The position numbers and the translations under genes were made by a program. From the NCBI GenBank assembly GCA_033442325.1, contig JAWQFM010000006.1:439628-503627 (forward strand): DNA of 64,000 nt, read 5' to 3'. Below the pieces are notes generated by a model. The model was not told the DNA's origin, made no database searches, and saw nothing but the letters and a program-made list of their open reading frames with translations. Below, piece after piece: positions 59,307 through 64,000 of the stretch (positions are counted from its first letter, which is position 1; each line of letters opens with the position of its first letter). The DNA comes from Salpingoeca rosetta. Lineage: Eukaryota > Protista > Choanoflagellata.

Positions 59307-60777
59307 CGAGGCTCTACCAACACACGTGCATACGGAAGCAGCAGCACGTGTGCACGCGTGTGCTCGAGCCTCACCATCCGGCTTCTCTGTTGTGGTGAGC
59401 ACCGTGCACAGCATCGTCTTGAGCAGCTCTGTAATCTTCAGCCGCGATTTCGTCTTTAACATCTCCTCGAATGTCGATGCAATCACCAAATACTCGCAGT
59501 CCTCAGATGTTGTTGCTGTCGTTGTTGCTGTTGATGCTGCTGTCGTTGTTGTTGGCGTTCCGCTGGTAAGTGCTGCTGTCATATGGCTTGTCATTGGTTC
59601 GCGCTTGACTCCAGGCGCCGTTGCGTCTGTTGCTGGTGTTGACGCTGGAAGCGTGTCTTGGTGTATCGCATCACCACCGCCACCATTTGTCGAATCATGT
59701 GCGTCATCATCGCTGTCAATCAACAGCACGTCCCCCTCACCCATCGACAGCCGTCTTGCTGTTGGCTGTGCTCTTTCTTCAGCACCGCTTGTGTTCGTTC
59801 TCTCAACTGCTCTGGTTTCGGCTGCTGCCGTACTCGTCGTGCTCTTGGGCGATTTTCGCTTGCGTGGTGAAAGCCATCGAGTCAGCGTCATCTGGCAGCA
59901 ACCACCGTGTGTGCGTGTGTGCATGTGTGCATGAGAGCGTGTTGAACCATGTTTGTGATGCTGAGCATGAAAGCATGCACATGCGCGTGCAGGTTGCCAG
60001 CTAATACCAAGGGCATCATCGTACCTGAGCAGCGCCCGCATCCTTTTGTTTCTTCGCTCGATGCCGGTTCTTGCCACCGCCACTCCTGCTGCCTTGCTTG
60101 ATGCCCTTGTTGCTGCTGCTGCTGGTGCTGGTGCTGGTGCTGGTGCTCGTGGTGGTGGTGGTGGTGCTGCTGCTGCTGCTGGTGGTGGTGGTGCTGGTGC
60201 TGCTTGCGGTGATGTTGGACGTTCCACTGTCCAGTAGGATGTTGACTGCCTTCTCTGCATCCCCGCCACTTGCCGCCAGCGCTGCTGCAATCGCTTTTCG
60301 CTGCGTGAACACAACAGCAAGCAGCGCGTAAGTACGATGTGTGGTGTGGCGCTTGCAGTGCGCTGTACACTGCATGTGTGCATGCGTGTATGTGTGTGTT
60401 TGGACATGTGCACATGTTTGCGCATTGTGTGCAGGCCTCACCGAGACGTCAGCGCCAAGAAGAGCCTGAATGCGACACACGGATTCATCTGACGAACGAC
60501 AGTACACAGCAGCGCATACGTGTGTGAGCACAGTTAGGGGTGGGCTGATATACGCGCCAGTGTGGACACGTGCATAATGGGACACACAACGCCGAACAAG
60601 CAACGATGCAGGGTTCCACACAACAATCATAAGCCTGACCTGTCGCAGGTGCGGGACGGCCATCAGTTGCGTCCTGCTGCGACTCTGCACTAGCGTCGTC
60701 ACCGCCGCTTTTATCATGCTGAGCACCACCATTCCTTGCTCGATCATCATCGTCGTCATCATCGATGATCATCAACA

Positions 60778-60810
<33 letters not shown>

Positions 60811-63800
60811 TACCACCACCCTCAATATAGTTGCCACCATCATCGTCAGTGTTCTCCCGTTTGGGCCGCTTCTGTGTGGGATTATCGCTTTCGTGCGCTG
60901 ATACTCCGCTAGGCCGTCCTGGTAACGTATACACATGCGCACCAACACATACGCGTTCATGCAGGTGAGAGGAGGGTTAGCGTATGTTGAATTGGCTTGG
61001 GCTGCACTAATCTCCACAGAGCGTCGCTCTGCACCCGTATACACACACACAGCACACATAAGCACACACATACACACGCATACACACGCATACACACACA
61101 CACACACACAGAGCTGCTGGGGAGCATGTGAAGATCACCGAGCATGGACGCGAGAAAGTTGCGCGATGCGGCCTTCTTGTCGATCAAATCATCAAAGTGC
61201 GAGCAGATTTTGGCGTATAGGCGCGCCTTGTTCGAGCTTCGCCCGCCGCCTGAGGCGGCACCACCGCCAGCGCATGCACGTGCACGTGCGCATATGTATG
61301 TGATGTTTGCGAATGACATTGGGCGTGTGTACGTGAGCGAATTCGAACACTGCAGACACAGACAGACAGAGAGACACACAAGCATACACACAGACACACA
61401 GACACACAGACACACAGACACACAGACACACAGACACACAGACACACACCAGCACGCACGCACGCACGCACACACGCACGCACGCACGCACGCACACAGA
61501 CAGACACAGAGAGACATACAACCACACACACATACACACACCAGCACACACACACACACACACACACATAAGCACACGCACACACACACACACACACACC
61601 TATGACTGTTGGGACGACACGCGCAGGCTTGAGCCAGGCGACAAATTCCCTGAGCTCGAGGTAATTGCTGTGCTCGGAATACGGCACCGTGAAGACCGTG
61701 ACGTTCCGCTTGGTTTCCTTGTGGTGCAGCACGCCAAGCACCTCTTCGTCTGGTGGTGTTGGCGTTGTTGGTGAGCAGTCACGGTGGTGGGGGTAGTGGG
61801 GCGGGGTGGTGGTGGAAGAGAAGGGTGTGAGACATGTGACAAAGTGGGGTTGGGGTGAGGCAAGAATGAGGCTGAGAGCAGATTCAATCACCGACACGTA
61901 TGCATGAGCAGAGCAGCTTACACATGCAACAAATAGATTCGCCTTCACGCACACATAGATATGCACACGCACACATACAGATATACACGACGGCTGGACG
62001 CACCGTGCTGGGCGAGTGCCTGGCGACGCTGGTGTTCTTTCGCAATGACATATGTCCAACCCGTTGGCACAAACGCGACAATTCGGTGATATCTGCAACA
62101 GAAAGATAACCAATGTACCGCGTCAGCTTGAGGGACACGTGAGCACGCACATCAAGCACACGAGGATGTACACACACTCGCAGATCCACACACCCACAAA
62201 GTCACAACAACCATTGCTCTCTCCACACACACACACACACTCGCACATGCACACACACGCACACGCACACACACGCACACGCACACGCACACACACACAC
62301 TCGCACATGCACACACACGCACACACACACACACATCACCTTGGCTTGTAGTGGTCAATCATGTCATGCAACGTTTCGTAATCTGGCAGAAACGTCCACC
62401 CACCGGCGGCCATTGTGCCCAGCATGTGCCACCCCACCACGTGCACGTTGCTCGCCTTGTGCCCAGCATGTGCCACCCCACCACGTGCACGTTGCTCGCC
62501 TTGGTTGCACACGCACACACACGCACACACACGCATCTCCAAGGCGAAACAAAGTCACAACTCAGTCCAATAAACATGAGCGTCAGTCACAGCGACAATG
62601 GCCGCAGCGCTTACGAGGTGGTCAGAGGTGAACATTTCGTCGAATGGCACGGGCCAGTCAAGATCAAGTTGCTGCATCATGAGCCGCTTCTTCTCAGACA
62701 CAACCTAAACATGCATACACACCCAGGGAGACAATTGTACACCACCCACCCACAAACAAACATGCACAAACCACAACACACACACACACACACACACAAA
62801 ACGCACGCACACACGTGTCTGTGAGAAGAGTGCAGGGCACGACACCAACTCTTACAGGCCTCGATGAATCGCTACAAACGCGAGTGAAAGCAGGCCAAGC
62901 GGGCTGTGGGTGACGTATGACGCACCAGTGGCTTGTGCTGGTCTTTGACAAGTTGTGTGAGGATCTTTTCTTTCCCGACGGAATATGTGGCCACCAGAAA
63001 CAGGGTATCTGTATCCAAGCAGTTGAGTGCAAAGCATGGAGCGTGCATGAGAACACCTTCAGGCTCCCGTTCGCTCACTTTCGAGCATACGCGTGTCAAC
63101 GTGCCTGGCACGATGCCAAGTGTCGAAAGCACAATTAACAGTCAGGCTGCCAATATAGCAACCCGCAATCTCACAAAAACATCCAGGGCACACAAGATGT
63201 ACACACACAAACACACACACGCAGACAGACACACAGACACACACACAGACACATACGTAGACACATGTACGCATTTGACGAACCGACACCGTCGGCTCTT
63301 TGCTGGTCCTCGTGCATGTATTGCGAGACCGTGTCAGAAACAAAGCGAACAACTTGCTCCTGTGGCGGGAACGTGTGCTTGGGATCGCAATATGTTGTGT
63401 CCAAGAATAAGATGTCAAGGGCCACGTTCTGCAGGAGGGGGTGTTGTTTCCATGCAGGGGTATAGCGACAATCCCCAGAGTGAAGGTACCAATGCTCCAA
63501 GCCACCCTCTGTTTCTACACAGGGCAGACACACAAACAACGGCAGGCGTTGCAGATGAGGAGCACGGGAACATCAAGCCGAAAGGAGAATCGTGCTCAGC
63601 TGCTTCGCGAAGCAATTGACAAAGAGCACTCACCCCCCCCCCCAATCACAATTCATGCGCGGAAGTGTGTGTGTGTGTGTGTGTATTCTCGCACGTATTT
63701 GCCCATTGCCAAGGAAAAAAAAAGCATCGGCAACCAGCCCACCTCTGACATGGAAGAGAAACATGGCTGCGCCTGGGCAGTGGTTGGCGTCGATGAGGGC

Positions 63801-64000
63801 CACTCGGCAAGTGGCGGTGACGTCCACCCAGGTATCCAGTGGCAGTGGACGCAGGTAGTTTGCGTCGACCTCCAACACAGCGGCCACTAACTTGGCCGTT
63901 GTTTGGGAGCAATAAACGGGACCCCACTGCCAGTCCTTGTTCAGCTTCCCGTAGTGGTCTGCGTGGAAGTGGGACAGGAAGAACAGGGTGCCGGATTCCC
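53616..64000 (-). CDS. LIG6: DNA ligase VI-like fusion: SNM1/Pso2-type metallo-beta-lactamase beta-CASP nuclease + UBA-like + ATP-dependent DNA ligase; 5' end outside the window
   Basis: Nuclease motifs FLSHFHADHY, IDANHCPGA, LHSGDCRY, LFLDTTYC, LVATYSVGKEKIL, VHVVGWHMLG, FVPTGW, VPYSEHSNYLELREFV. Ligase motifs KSRLKI, GDLGDVA, PVRPML, AEFKYDGVRAQIH, CEGLMIK, YQPSKRCENWLK|VKKDY, DLVVIGAWWGNGRKAGWFSPFL, VWEIKGAD, SLRFPR|FIRKREDK. Last exon 53789-53616 ISELYHLQ plus an acidic tail. Confidence 0.88.
58206..58350 (-). repeat. Intronic compound (TTG)n microsatellite with TTTAAG interruptions (same motif as 13271-13456)
   Basis: Plus strand caacaacTTAaacaacaac units. Confidence 0.85.
62413..62502 (-). 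repeat. Exact 44-bp tandem duplication spanning a 3' splice site of the LIG6-like gene
   Basis: ttgtgcccagcatgtgccaccccaccacgtgcacgttgctcgcc occurs at 62413 and again at 62457. Confidence 0.9.

Overview
Intron-dense eukaryotic genomic DNA with GC-rich exons and (GT)n/(CA)n-filled introns. The gene content (SH2-SH2-PTP, TRPM, Sushi/EGF surface protein) and intron style point to a choanoflagellate, probably Salpingoeca rosetta (inference). Most entries in the ORF track are microsatellite shadows. Splicing by eye gives ten genes: (1) first exon of a UFSP-like peptidase (-, truncated by the window edge); (2) an intronless secreted coiled-coil + 7-repeat propeller protein (+); (3) a transcriptional cyclin (+); (4) a giant, divergent TRPM2-like channel with a degenerate NUDT9-H domain and a large insert in its SLOG domain (+); (5) a ~2,400-aa type I membrane mosaic protein with dermatopontin, Sushi, EGF, FN3, PAN, a bacterial-like core and a SEA-like domain (-); (6) an intronless Golgi sulfotransferase (-); (7) SPB1/FTSJ3 (-); (8) SHP2/PTPN11 (+); (9) ACOT9 (-); (10) an SNM1-type beta-CASP nuclease + UBA-like + DNA ligase fusion matching the supposedly plant-specific DNA ligase VI (-, 5' truncated). 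The most notable observations are a ~285-nt non-repetitive island in SPB1 intron 2 with crossing perfect helices (pseudoknot) and a terminal ACA (candidate intronic ncRNA), the LIG6-type fusion in an apparent holozoan, and the TRPM2-like channel with an apparent nested second SLOG-like domain and a dead Nudix box. All family assignments come from motif recognition, not database searches, and exon boundaries are manual.
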